Shown here: one piece after another, positions 47,629-56,035 of the stretch
Layout: each line of letters begins with the position of its first letter
Numbering within the stretch: the first letter of the stretch is position 1
NCBI GenBank assembly: GCA_963711565.1
Contig: CAVQEQ010000001.1
Location: 160,001-224,000 of the forward strand
DNA length: 64,000 nucleotides
Source of the DNA: an uncultured delta proteobacterium
GTDB taxonomy: Bacteria; Desulfobacterota; Binatia; Binatales; Binataceae
Direction: 5' to 3'
Notes under the pieces: model-generated
Seen by the model: the letters and a program-made list of their open reading frames with translations, nothing else
The model's database searches: none
What the model was told of the DNA's origin: nothing
Position numbers and translations under genes: made by a program

Positions 47629-47931
47629 TCAGAATCCGCGATAGCCGTAACCGTATTCGCGATGCTCCATCTCGGTTCCTACCAGATAGCCGACCGCGCC
47701 GCCGCCAAGACCGCCAATAAGCGCGCCGGTTGCCGGTGAGCCTTCAGCGCCGCCAAGCAGCGCGCCCGCGCCGGCACCGAGTGCAGCGCCGCCAACGGTA
47801 TCGTTAGCGCGAGGACTGGCGAAGCAGCCCGTCATTGTCATCATGGCAAACGCGCCGGCAAGGGTGATGATCGCCGTTCGGAACGTCCTTCCTGCTTTCA
47901 CTGGAGTTAGATTCTTTGAATTCATCTTCAT
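47629..47931 (-). CDS. Glycine-zipper lipoprotein
   Basis: MTGC lipobox, GAALGAGAGALLG / GALIGGLGG. Confidence 0.8.
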   Translation of the reverse strand: MKMNSKNLTPVKAGRTFRTAIITLAGAFAMMTMTGCFASPRANDTVGGAALGAGAGALLGGAEGSPATGALIGGLGGGAVGYLVGTEMEHREYGYGYRGF

Positions 47932-48070
47932 ACCTCGATGATGTATTCATCCTAAGATACGAAGCCTGAGAACGTACGGTTGCATAAGCTCAAGCTTACA
48001 ATTTCGTAAGTTTGTGGGAGGTGAGAAACGCCGGAGAAACCGCGTGGGTCTAACGATTGGCCTGACTATC

Positions 48071-48145
48071 TGGTGATCCCAGCGGGAGTCGAACCCGCGT
48101 TCCCGACGTGAGAGGCCGGTGTCCTAACCACTAGACGATGGGACC
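48071..48145 (-). tRNA. tRNA-Glu (CTC)
   Basis: GGTCCCATCGTCTAG...CT CTC AC...GGTTCGACTCCC...CCA. Confidence 0.95.
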
Positions 48146-48183
48146 ATCGTCGCGCACTTTGGCGGCGCGCATCCAAATCATGT

Positions 48184-48259
48184 TGGCTGAGGAGGCAGGA
48201 CTCGAACCTGCAATCGCCTGATCCAGAGTCAGGTGCCTTACCAATTTGGCCACTCCTCA
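48184..48259 (-). tRNA. tRNA-Gln (CTG)
   Basis: TGAGGAG acceptor, CCTGA-CT CTG GA-TCAGG arm, CCA. Confidence 0.95.
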
Positions 48260-48316
48260 GCGCAGCCCTGAAATATAACCAACGGCTCTCGCGCGCGCCA
48301 CCGCATCCGCGCGGCG

Positions 48317-48856
48317 CTACCTGATTGAGGTGTGGCGCAGCGTCTCGGCGTGACGATTGACCAGCGCGTCGCATCGCGAGAGCAGCGCGGGATCGGCCGA
48401 GTGGCGCTCGATCATGTAGCTGAGCTCGCCGAGGTCGTGCACGAGCAGGCGCAGGCATCGTTCGTATTCGTCGGGCGCCTGCAAAGCTTTGAGCAGATCC
48501 GACACCACGTCTTCGAGTTCCGTCTCTTCGACTTCGAGCGCGATCTCGAGCGCGCGTTCGAGCTTGATTCCGGGTATCGCATCGCCCTGCGACTTTTCGA
48601 GCAGCGTGCGGAGCCGCACGATGGTGGCGTCCTCGAGCGAGATTGGACTGGGCTTGTCGAGCATCGCTTCCTGTTCGAGCACCGTCGTCACCAGATCGAG
48701 CGCGCCGACGTGCCGCGCTTCGTCACGCGCCATCCCGAACCAGAAATCCTGCAGGGACGCTTCGCTCGCGAAGATTTTCGCGAAGCGCGCGTACAGCGCC
48801 ATGCTTTGTTTTTCCAATGCGATGGTCGCATCGAGGACTTCGCGCGTCGTGGGCAT
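48317..48856 (-). CDS. Ferritin-like/rubrerythrin-type protein
   Basis: IALEK...LY, MARDEARH, ALEVE. Confidence 0.75.
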   Translation of the reverse strand: MPTTREVLDATIALEKQSMALYARFAKIFASEASLQDFWFGMARDEARHVGALDLVTTVLEQEAMLDKPSPISLEDATIVRLRTLLEKSQGDAIPGIKLERALEIALEVEETELEDVVSDLLKALQAPDEYERCLRLLVHDLGELSYMIERHSADPALLSRCDALVNRHAETLRHTSIR

Positions 48857-48919
48857 CGTGTCTGGATGATAGCTTCCGGCTTCGAGTGCGGTAAAGCGCG
48901 CCGCCGCGACCGTGTGTCC

Positions 48920-49498
48920 TCAGGCCGGCAAGCCCGAACCTTCGGCGCCGGAGCGGAGCAGCTCCAACAAGAGCTTCATCGCGATTCGCACCTCGATCGC
49001 AAACGGCACGCTGGCAACGAGATAGATAAACAACGTCATCGCGATCACCGCCATTCGCACCGCGAAGGGACCCGCGATCATCGAATCGACGTTCACTGAA
49101 CCCCACGCCAGGAACAGTATGGCGGCAACCCAGAAGGGCACGGCCGGCCACACCGGCCGCATGTTCAGGGTCACGATTGTTCTCCGGCCGTCGCGCCGGA
49201 AGTTTCCTTCGATTATCGGCAGGAACGAGTTCTGGTAACCGGCGATACGATGGATTTTGAAGCGGCTGCCGGCGACCTTGCCCTCGAAATATCCGTGCTT
49301 CGCCAACGTCCGCCAGCCCCACTTCCGCGGCGGTTCGACGACTTCCTGGAGGACGCGCGAGGCATGTGCGGGGCTCATCGGCGTCGAGAATTCGAATTTG
49401 CGAAACGGCAGGCGGAGATAGTCACGCAGCCGTTTCGGTGCGAAATCAGTCCCGGCGATCTGTTCGGTTTCAAACACGACGCAGTGATCGTAACGCAA
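48920..49498 (-). CDS. Hypothetical membrane protein
   Basis: Similar to the N-terminal half of 43225-44226; two TM helices; start uncertain. Confidence 0.65.
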   Translation of the reverse strand: MRYDHCVVFETEQIAGTDFAPKRLRDYLRLPFRKFEFSTPMSPAHASRVLQEVVEPPRKWGWRTLAKHGYFEGKVAGSRFKIHRIAGYQNSFLPIIEGNFRRDGRRTIVTLNMRPVWPAVPFWVAAILFLAWGSVNVDSMIAGPFAVRMAVIAMTLFIYLVASVPFAIEVRIAMKLLLELLRSGAEGSGLPA

Positions 49499-49558
49499 GC
49501 GTCGTCGTGAAGCACGGAGGCCCGAACGCGTTTCCGCGATCGAGCCTCCGGCCGGAGT

Positions 49559-50110
49559 TCAGTGAGACTGTTCGGTCAAAGGAGTCGCGGTCGGCGCCGC
49601 GGTCGCAGGATTTGACCGCACCGGTGGGGCGAGATTTGTCGGAAGCGAGCTTGCGGATGGAACGGGCGTGGACGCTGGGGACGGTGTCGGAGTCGCGGAC
49701 GTTGACGACCCGGTCTCGGCACTCTTTACGGTCACGCTTACGAGCGCGTCATTCTGGTAGCAGAACCATACCGTCCTCTTTTCGTTTCTGGTGACAGCCT
49801 CGGTGGGCGACAGGATGATCTCGGCCAGGCCTACCGTGAAGAAATCGGCTGCGAGTTCGCCGACCGCTATCGGTGCCTTGCCCGCGATGCCGTAGCCCTT
49901 TGTGTAAAGCAGGTATAAATCGCAGCTCGTGCCGCCGGCGCCTTTGCTCGTAGTGACCGGCACGCCCAGCTCCTGCGTTACGGAGGAGCGGCTCTCACCG
50001 GGATGGAACTTCGCCAGATCGACAGGCGTCGGACGCGTCGCCTCCATGTACACGGAGCAGCCGGAGACAAAGCACAAGACGAGGAGTATGTGCCTGAGAC
50101 GTAGAGACAT
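49559..50110 (-). CDS. Putative lipoprotein (SmpA/OmlA-like)
   Basis: VSGC lipobox, GESRSSVTQELGVP, Pro/Thr/Ser tail. Confidence 0.7.
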   Translation of the reverse strand: MSLRLRHILLVLCFVSGCSVYMEATRPTPVDLAKFHPGESRSSVTQELGVPVTTSKGAGGTSCDLYLLYTKGYGIAGKAPIAVGELAADFFTVGLAEIILSPTEAVTRNEKRTVWFCYQNDALVSVTVKSAETGSSTSATPTPSPASTPVPSASSLPTNLAPPVRSNPATAAPTATPLTEQSH

Positions 50111-50127
50111 ATCCGGGAACCCCTTTT

Positions 50128-50421
50128 CTAGTGGTTGCTTGAGTCTGCCGGCGCGTTCGAGCCGTCGTACGGGACTGTGCCAACGCATACATAGGACGGT
50201 ACATAACCGAAGCTGAAGAGGGACTGCATAAGCTGCCGGTTGTGTTCCAGCATCGTGACGTTCGCCTGCGCGAGCTCATCCATGCGGGACTGGCATGCGT
50301 CGAGACCGCGGGCGGCAGCGGTCACGATCTTCTGATGGTTGGCAGGATCGTCCTGAACCCCCTCCCAAGTGCTGCACCCCGTCAAACAGCAGAGCGCAAG
50401 AGACAAAACCAGGACTCGCAT
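50128..50421 (-). CDS. Putative small lipoprotein
   Basis: MRVLVLSLALCCLTGC lipobox; GAGG SD. Confidence 0.65.
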   Translation of the reverse strand: MRVLVLSLALCCLTGCSTWEGVQDDPANHQKIVTAAARGLDACQSRMDELAQANVTMLEHNRQLMQSLFSFGYVPSYVCVGTVPYDGSNAPADSSNH

Positions 50422-50553
50422 TTCCGCCTCAGGTTGACACGAGCGTGACTGCAGGACAACACCGCAACCGGCGAATTGGCGAGCGCAGTCGGAAAGCACG
50501 GAGGCCCGATCACATCTCTGCGATCGGGCCTCAGCATTGGAATTGCGCAACTG

Positions 50554-52110
50554 TTATTTCGCGAGCTCGGTTGCGCGCGTCTCCCGGATGACCGTCACCC
50601 GAATCTGTCCGGGGTACGTCATGTCGGTTTCGATTTTGCGCGCGACGTCGCGCGCCAGCATCGAGGTGTCCTCGTCCGAGATCTGGCTCGGCTCGACGAT
50701 CACGCGCATCTCGCGTCCCGCCTGCACGGCGAAGCATTTCTCGACGCCCTTGAACGACTTCGCGATCGTCTCGAGATCCTCGAGCCGCTTGACGTAACTC
50801 TCGAGCACCTCGCGCCGGGCTCCCGGACGCGCGCCCGAAAGCGCATCGGCCGCATCGACCAGCGGCGCGAGGATCGTCTCGGCTTTGACTTCCTCGTGAT
50901 GCGCCGCGATCGCGTTTACGATCTTCGCCGACTCGCCGTACTTGCGCGCGATCTCGCCGCCGATCAGCGCGTGCGAGCCTTCGACCTCATGCGTCAGCGC
51001 CTTGCCGATATCGTGCAGCAGAGCGGCACGCCGCGCCTGCTTTTCGTTGAGCCCGAGTTCCGCCGCCATCGCACCGCAGATGAACGCCGCTTCGATCGAA
51101 TGCATCAGCACGTTCTGCGCGTAGCTGTAGCGAAACTTGAGCATCCCGAGCAGCTTGACCAGCTCAGGATGGATTCCATGCACGCCGACTTCGATAATCG
51201 CGCGCTGACCGGCCTCGCGAATCGATTCCTCGACCTGCTGCTCGGCCTTGCGCACGACTTCCTCGATCCGCCCCGGGTGAATGCGGCCGTCCGAGATGAG
51301 CTGCATCAGGGCGACGCGCGCGATCTCGCGGCGAATCGGGTTGTGGCACGAAATTACGACCGCCTCCGGAGTATCGTCGATGATTATGTCGACGCCGGTG
51401 GCGGCTTCGATCGCGCGGATGTTGCGACCTTCGCGGCCGATGATGCGGCCCTTCATTTCGTCGTTGGGAAGCGCGATTACCGAAACGGTGCGCTCGGCGA
51501 CGAACTCGCCCGCCAGCCGCTCGATTGCAATCGCGACGACTCGCTTGGCGCGGCGGTCGGCCTCCTCGCGCGCCTCTTCCTCGACGATTCGGATGTGCTT
51601 GGCCGCGTCGGTGCGCGCCTGCCCGATCATCTCGTCCATCAGCGAGCGCTTGGCTTCCTCGCGCGTCAGACCGGCGACAGCCTCGAGCTTGGTGCGCGCC
51701 TCGTCGATATGGGCCTGCAGTACTTCTTCCTTGTCGGTGAGACTTTTCTCACGCGAGCGCAGACTCTGATCGCGCCGGTTGAGATCGGCTTCGCGCCGCT
51801 CGAATGCTTCCTGGCGCTTTTCGAAAGTCTCCTCGCGTGCTTCGAGTTTCTGCTCGATCGCGGCAATCTCGCGCCGGCGATCGCGCATCTCGCGTTCGGC
51901 GTCGGCCTTCGCGCCGACCACCATGTCCTTTGCCTTGAGTTCTGCCTCCTTAACTACGAGCTGGCTCCGTGTTTGAGCCTCCTTGGTTATTTCCTCGGCC
52001 TGAGCGCGCGCGGCCTCCAGGTTAACGGCGTCCTTACGCTGTTTCGTTATTCCCCAAATGAAAAAGACCGCGCCACCAACTATGAATCCCAGGATTGCGG
52101 TAATTAGCAC
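50554..52110 (-). CDS. rny: Ribonuclease Y
   Basis: TM, coiled coil, KH (MKGRIIGREGRN), HD (LLHDIGK), QAGRE. Confidence 0.97.
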   Translation of the reverse strand: MLITAILGFIVGGAVFFIWGITKQRKDAVNLEAARAQAEEITKEAQTRSQLVVKEAELKAKDMVVGAKADAEREMRDRRREIAAIEQKLEAREETFEKRQEAFERREADLNRRDQSLRSREKSLTDKEEVLQAHIDEARTKLEAVAGLTREEAKRSLMDEMIGQARTDAAKHIRIVEEEAREEADRRAKRVVAIAIERLAGEFVAERTVSVIALPNDEMKGRIIGREGRNIRAIEAATGVDIIIDDTPEAVVISCHNPIRREIARVALMQLISDGRIHPGRIEEVVRKAEQQVEESIREAGQRAIIEVGVHGIHPELVKLLGMLKFRYSYAQNVLMHSIEAAFICGAMAAELGLNEKQARRAALLHDIGKALTHEVEGSHALIGGEIARKYGESAKIVNAIAAHHEEVKAETILAPLVDAADALSGARPGARREVLESYVKRLEDLETIAKSFKGVEKCFAVQAGREMRVIVEPSQISDEDTSMLARDVARKIETDMTYPGQIRVTVIRETRATELAK

Positions 52111-52780
52111 CCGGGTTTACCTCCTTCGTCCGCGTTCGGCGTGCTGGCAGTGGCGCTTCGCAGGCACGATGAACGTCGGACTCGGTCACGATGAAGTTAA
52201 GCCGCCGGTCGAGTCCCGTTTCGGGGATTCGATCGAGCAGCTGGAACGAATAGGCGAGCCCCACATTGATCGCTTCGCGCCCGAGTTGGCCGATGAAACG
52301 ATCATAATGGCCCCCGCCACGACCCAGACGCTGTCCTTCGAGTCCGAAGGCAACGCCGGGAACACACACGAGAATTTTCGCAAAACTTTTGCTGTCGAGA
52401 ACTTCTGAAGATTTAGGCGGCTCGAGGATTCCGTAGACGCCGCGGGCAAGCTCGGCGCGATCGCGAATGCGTCGGGCAACGATCATGCCTGTCGAAGCCT
52501 CGCCCCCTGGTCGAGGGCGGGCACGGCGGCCCGCCCCACTCGGGTAGAAGACGGCGCGTCCCGACGCGAGCGCGTCGGCCAGGATTCGGTCAGTCGAAAC
52601 TTCGTTACCGATCGCGGCGTACAGGACAATCGCGGACGCTTCGCGGTAAGACTCGCCTGCGAGCACTTGACGCTGGATGCTTCCCGACCATGCCGCCGCA
52701 CGCTCGCGAGGGAGCGCGTCGCGGCATGCGATCATGATCGCGCGAAGATTTTTCTTTTCGTCCGCCACAGTCGTTGCCAT
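52034..52780 (-). CDS. ygfA: 5-formyltetrahydrofolate cyclo-ligase
   Basis: GILEP, VPGVAF, RLGRGGGHYDR, IVTE. Confidence 0.9.
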   Translation of the reverse strand: MATTVADEKKNLRAIMIACRDALPRERAAAWSGSIQRQVLAGESYREASAIVLYAAIGNEVSTDRILADALASGRAVFYPSGAGRRARPRPGGEASTGMIVARRIRDRAELARGVYGILEPPKSSEVLDSKSFAKILVCVPGVAFGLEGQRLGRGGGHYDRFIGQLGREAINVGLAYSFQLLDRIPETGLDRRLNFIVTESDVHRACEAPLPARRTRTKEVNPGANYRNPGIHSWWRGLFHLGNNETA

Positions 52781-52799
52781 GGCGGGAGCGGGTTTAACT

Positions 52800-53045
52800 G
52801 CTCGAATGCGCCGTTGCGTTTTTCGCGGCCGTCACGCGCGCATGTCGTTGTATTCTCGAACCGGCTGACAGCCGGCCTGTATCCGCGAAAACTACTATCG
52901 CGAAAGCCTTCGATGCGGTTGAAAAATATTGCACGGGCCTCATGCTTGTAAGCACCGCGTTTAGGCTACTCTCGAGATCCACAATTCCAATTCCCGCCCC
53001 CGTCCGAAATCGCTTACCTCCGGCTTGCCGCGCGCCGTCACGACG
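52800..53045 (-). ncRNA. ssrS: Possible 6S RNA (positional call, ends unknown)
   Basis: About 280-bp gap between zapA and ygfA, the conserved ssrS site; local hairpins present; full rod structure not verified. Confidence 0.4.
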
Positions 53046-53059
53046 AATCATGCTCATCG

Positions 53060-53332
53060 TCATTCGCCGTCGATAGCCGCGGACAGCCGTTTATTCATCG
53101 CCGCGATTCGATCCACCAACTCCTGATGCTCCAGTCTGAGGTGTTCGAGTTCCTCGGCGAAATTTAACGCAGCCAGGATTGCCAGGTTCACTGAATTGAT
53201 AGTCTGGCTCCCAGCGCGGATATCCCTGATCTTCTCGTCCACCGTCTCAGCCAGGGACTTGACCCAGTCGTCGCCCGCCTCGCTGGCGACGGTCAGGTTT
53301 TGTCCCATGATCTGGACGCTGACGCCCTTCAT
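53060..53332 (-). CDS. zapA: Cell division protein ZapA
   Basis: VQIMGQ, VDEKI, AILAALN. Confidence 0.9.
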   Translation of the reverse strand: MKGVSVQIMGQNLTVASEAGDDWVKSLAETVDEKIRDIRAGSQTINSVNLAILAALNFAEELEHLRLEHQELVDRIAAMNKRLSAAIDGE

Positions 53333-53335
53333 CTT

Positions 53336-53584
53336 CTAGCCAAGATCGATACCGTCGAAGCGGGTGAGGATTTTTTCGATCCTGCTTCGCACGTCGTTGC
53401 GCTCGTTTTCATGCTGCTGACGCTCGGCGCTCAACTGCTTCACCTGGCCGGCGGCGTCGGCATAGCGTTTTTCCATTTCCGCAAGCTTCTGCGCGAGTTG
53501 TTCGTTTTCTTTGCGCAATTGATGGATACGCGCAACGGAAGCCTGAATTCGTTCGTCTAGTTGCTTTAAGACATCTGTGGCCAT
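53336..53584 (-). CDS. zapB: ZapB-like coiled-coil protein
   Basis: All coiled coil, ER..VRSRIEKIL, directly upstream of zapA. Confidence 0.75.
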   Translation of the reverse strand: MATDVLKQLDERIQASVARIHQLRKENEQLAQKLAEMEKRYADAAGQVKQLSAERQQHENERNDVRSRIEKILTRFDGIDLG

Positions 53585-53631
53585 GAGAGAAAATCTTCTA
53601 CCTTTAGTTTAATTTTCGATAAACTGCGCTG

Positions 53632-54840
53632 TCAAGCTGCATAAGAACCGCTCGCACTCTGCTCCCCTGCGTCGTCACTTGCAAACAGCGCGTCAACAAA
53701 TTCGCGCGCGTCGAATTCGCGGAGGTCCTCGATCGACTCGCCGAGTCCGACAAACCGCACCGGAATCTTCAGCCGCTCCGCCACCGCGACGACCACCCCG
53801 CCCTTCGCCGTGCTGTCGAGCTTCGCGAGCACCACTCCGGTCAGCGGGACCGTGTCGCCAAAAATCGACGCCTGGCTGAGCGCGTTCTGACCCGTGTTGG
53901 CGTCGAGCACGAGCCAGGTCTCGTGCGGCGCGCCGGGCAACTCGCGCGCCACGACGCGGGCTATCTTTTTGAGCTCTTCCATCAAATTCACTTTGGTCTG
54001 CAGACGCCCCGCGGTGTCGATCAGAACGGTGCTGGTCTTGCGCGCGACCGCGGCCTTGACCGCATCGAAGGCCACCGCGGCGGGATCGGAGCCCTGCGAC
54101 TGCTTGATAATGTCGGCGCCGGCACGATCGCACCACACTTCGAGCTGCTCGATTGCGGCCGCGCGGAATGTGTCGGCAGCCGCGACGATCACACTGCCGC
54201 GCTCGGCCTTGAGCCGCGCCGCGAGCTTCGCGACCGTAGTAGTTTTGCCGACGCCGTTGACGCCCACCAGCATTATCACGAGCGGCGCGTCGCCCGAGTC
54301 GGCCGGAGCGCGGTCGGCGGACATCATGATAGTGGCGATCTCGGACTTGAGCGCGTCGCGAATCGCGTCGGGACGATTGTCGCTGCCCAATTTCGCGCGC
54401 ACCGCGGCTGAAATTTTCATGCTCGCCTCGACGCCAACGTCGGCGGCGATAAGCGCTTCCTCGAGGCCTTCATATATGTCGTCGAGCGTCGCGCTGCCGG
54501 TCAGCGCAGCCCTGATGCGTGCGAGAAAGTTCTCGCGCGTCTTGCGGAGTCCAAGGCCGATTCGGACGGGCTCGCGCACGGTCAGCGGCGGCGCGACAGG
54601 CTGAGCAGGCTCGGGCGCTTGAGGCTCGGCGACTGCGGGCGTGGGTTCGGCCGCGAGTTCTTTGGCCGGCGGCAGCTCGACTTCCGGCGCGGACTCGACC
54701 TCGGGCGCTGATTCAATTTGCTGCGGACGAGATGGCAGCGCCTTGCGGAGGCTCCACTGAATCAGGATTCCGATGAAAACCAGTCCTGCGGCGCCACCGG
54801 CGGCGATAATCAGGATGAGCGCGATACTGAGCGGAGTCAC
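53632..54840 (-). CDS. ftsY: SRP receptor FtsY
   Basis: GVNGVGKTT, DTFRAAA, DTAGR, KLDSTAKGG; N-terminal TM. Confidence 0.97.
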   Translation of the reverse strand: MTPLSIALILIIAAGGAAGLVFIGILIQWSLRKALPSRPQQIESAPEVESAPEVELPPAKELAAEPTPAVAEPQAPEPAQPVAPPLTVREPVRIGLGLRKTRENFLARIRAALTGSATLDDIYEGLEEALIAADVGVEASMKISAAVRAKLGSDNRPDAIRDALKSEIATIMMSADRAPADSGDAPLVIMLVGVNGVGKTTTVAKLAARLKAERGSVIVAAADTFRAAAIEQLEVWCDRAGADIIKQSQGSDPAAVAFDAVKAAVARKTSTVLIDTAGRLQTKVNLMEELKKIARVVARELPGAPHETWLVLDANTGQNALSQASIFGDTVPLTGVVLAKLDSTAKGGVVVAVAERLKIPVRFVGLGESIEDLREFDAREFVDALFASDDAGEQSASGSYAA

Positions 54841-54931
54841 AGATTAGGTCGTCCGGAAAAATGATCTTGAAGAACTTCGATCGACAGAATAACAGTCGCG
54901 GTCGCGCTCCGAAACCAGCAAGAAGGAACCG

Positions 54932-55035
54932 GGATTCTTCGCTACAGCAGCTTCCGCTCTGAATGACACAAGGACACTGGGTGCAGGGGTCACCCCTGCC
55001 CAGGGAAGCGTGAAACCCAGGAGGGGTTTCACATT
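54932..55035. repeat. REP-like cluster, families B and A
   Basis: GATTCTTCG...CTGAATGACA, then ACTGGGTGCAGGGGTCACCCCTGCC and a GAAACCC...GGGTTTC hairpin as at 40117-40176. Confidence 0.75.
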
Positions 55036-55111
55036 CGATCAAGTTCCTCGCTATAAGAAATGTCGGGCCGCGATATATTACGCGGACCCCGTCATGAAGG
55101 GAGATCTGTAG

Positions 55112-55963
55112 ATGGCCAAGCTCAAAGGCAAAGTCGCAATCGTAACCGGCGCCAGCCGCGGTATCGGCAAGGAGATCGCTGAACTGTTCGCGAAAGAAGG
55201 CGCGAAGGTCGTGTGCTCGGCGCGCACGCTCAAGGAGGGCGACCATAAACTGCTCGAAGGCTCGCTGGAGACGACGGTCGCCGGAATCAAAAAGGCGGGC
55301 GGCACGGCCGAGGCCGTCACCTGCAACGTCTCGTCGGAAACGGATTGCGAGAAACTCGTCGCGGAAACGCACAAGCTCTACGGACCGGTTGACGTGCTGG
55401 TGAACAACGCGGCGCTGACCTACTTCATCCCGGTCAAGGATTTCCCGCCGAGCCGATGGATGCGATCGTTCGCGGTCAACCTGCACGGCCCGTTCATGCT
55501 GGCGCACCTTGTGCTCCGGGACATGATCCCGCGGAAGTCCGGATCGATCGTCAACATTTCGTCGGGCGCGGCGATCGGACCCGGCCGCGGACCGTACAAG
55601 AGCGCGACGGTATTTCGCGGCGGCGTATGCTATGGCGCGGAGAAGGCGGCGCTCGAACGTTTCACGCAGGGGCTCGCGGAGGAAGTTTACGACGATGGAA
55701 TCTCGGTGACGTGCGTATCGCCGTCGCAAGTCGTCGCGACTCCGGGCACGGTGCATCACCATCTCGTGACGGGGCCCGACGATCCGACGGGAGAGCCGGT
55801 CGAATGGATGGCGCAGTCGGCGCTAATCCTCGCGACCGAACCGCTCGACAAGGTGACGGGGCTGGTGACGTACAGTCAGCCGTTGCTCAAGCAGTACGGC
55901 GTCAAGGTGAACAGTCTAGGGATTGGATTCGAGCGCAAAGGCAGCGGCTACAGCTTGATCTAA
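55112..55963 (+). CDS. SDR family oxidoreductase
   Basis: TGASRGIG, NNAA, YGAEK. Confidence 0.92.
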   Translation: MAKLKGKVAIVTGASRGIGKEIAELFAKEGAKVVCSARTLKEGDHKLLEGSLETTVAGIKKAGGTAEAVTCNVSSETDCEKLVAETHKLYGPVDVLVNNAALTYFIPVKDFPPSRWMRSFAVNLHGPFMLAHLVLRDMIPRKSGSIVNISSGAAIGPGRGPYKSATVFRGGVCYGAEKAALERFTQGLAEEVYDDGISVTCVSPSQVVATPGTVHHHLVTGPDDPTGEPVEWMAQSALILATEPLDKVTGLVTYSQPLLKQYGVKVNSLGIGFERKGSGYSLI

Positions 55964-55983
55964 TCGCGCGCGGAATTTATCAG

Positions 55984-56031
55984 AAAAAAAGGCCGGCGAT
56001 TTTTCCATCGCCGCCCCCTTTTCTTCTTTTT
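55984..56031. terminator. Bidirectional terminator between the SDR gene and smc
   Basis: A-run, CGGCGAT/ATCGCCG stem, T-run. Confidence 0.7.
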
Positions 56032-56035
56032 CTGC

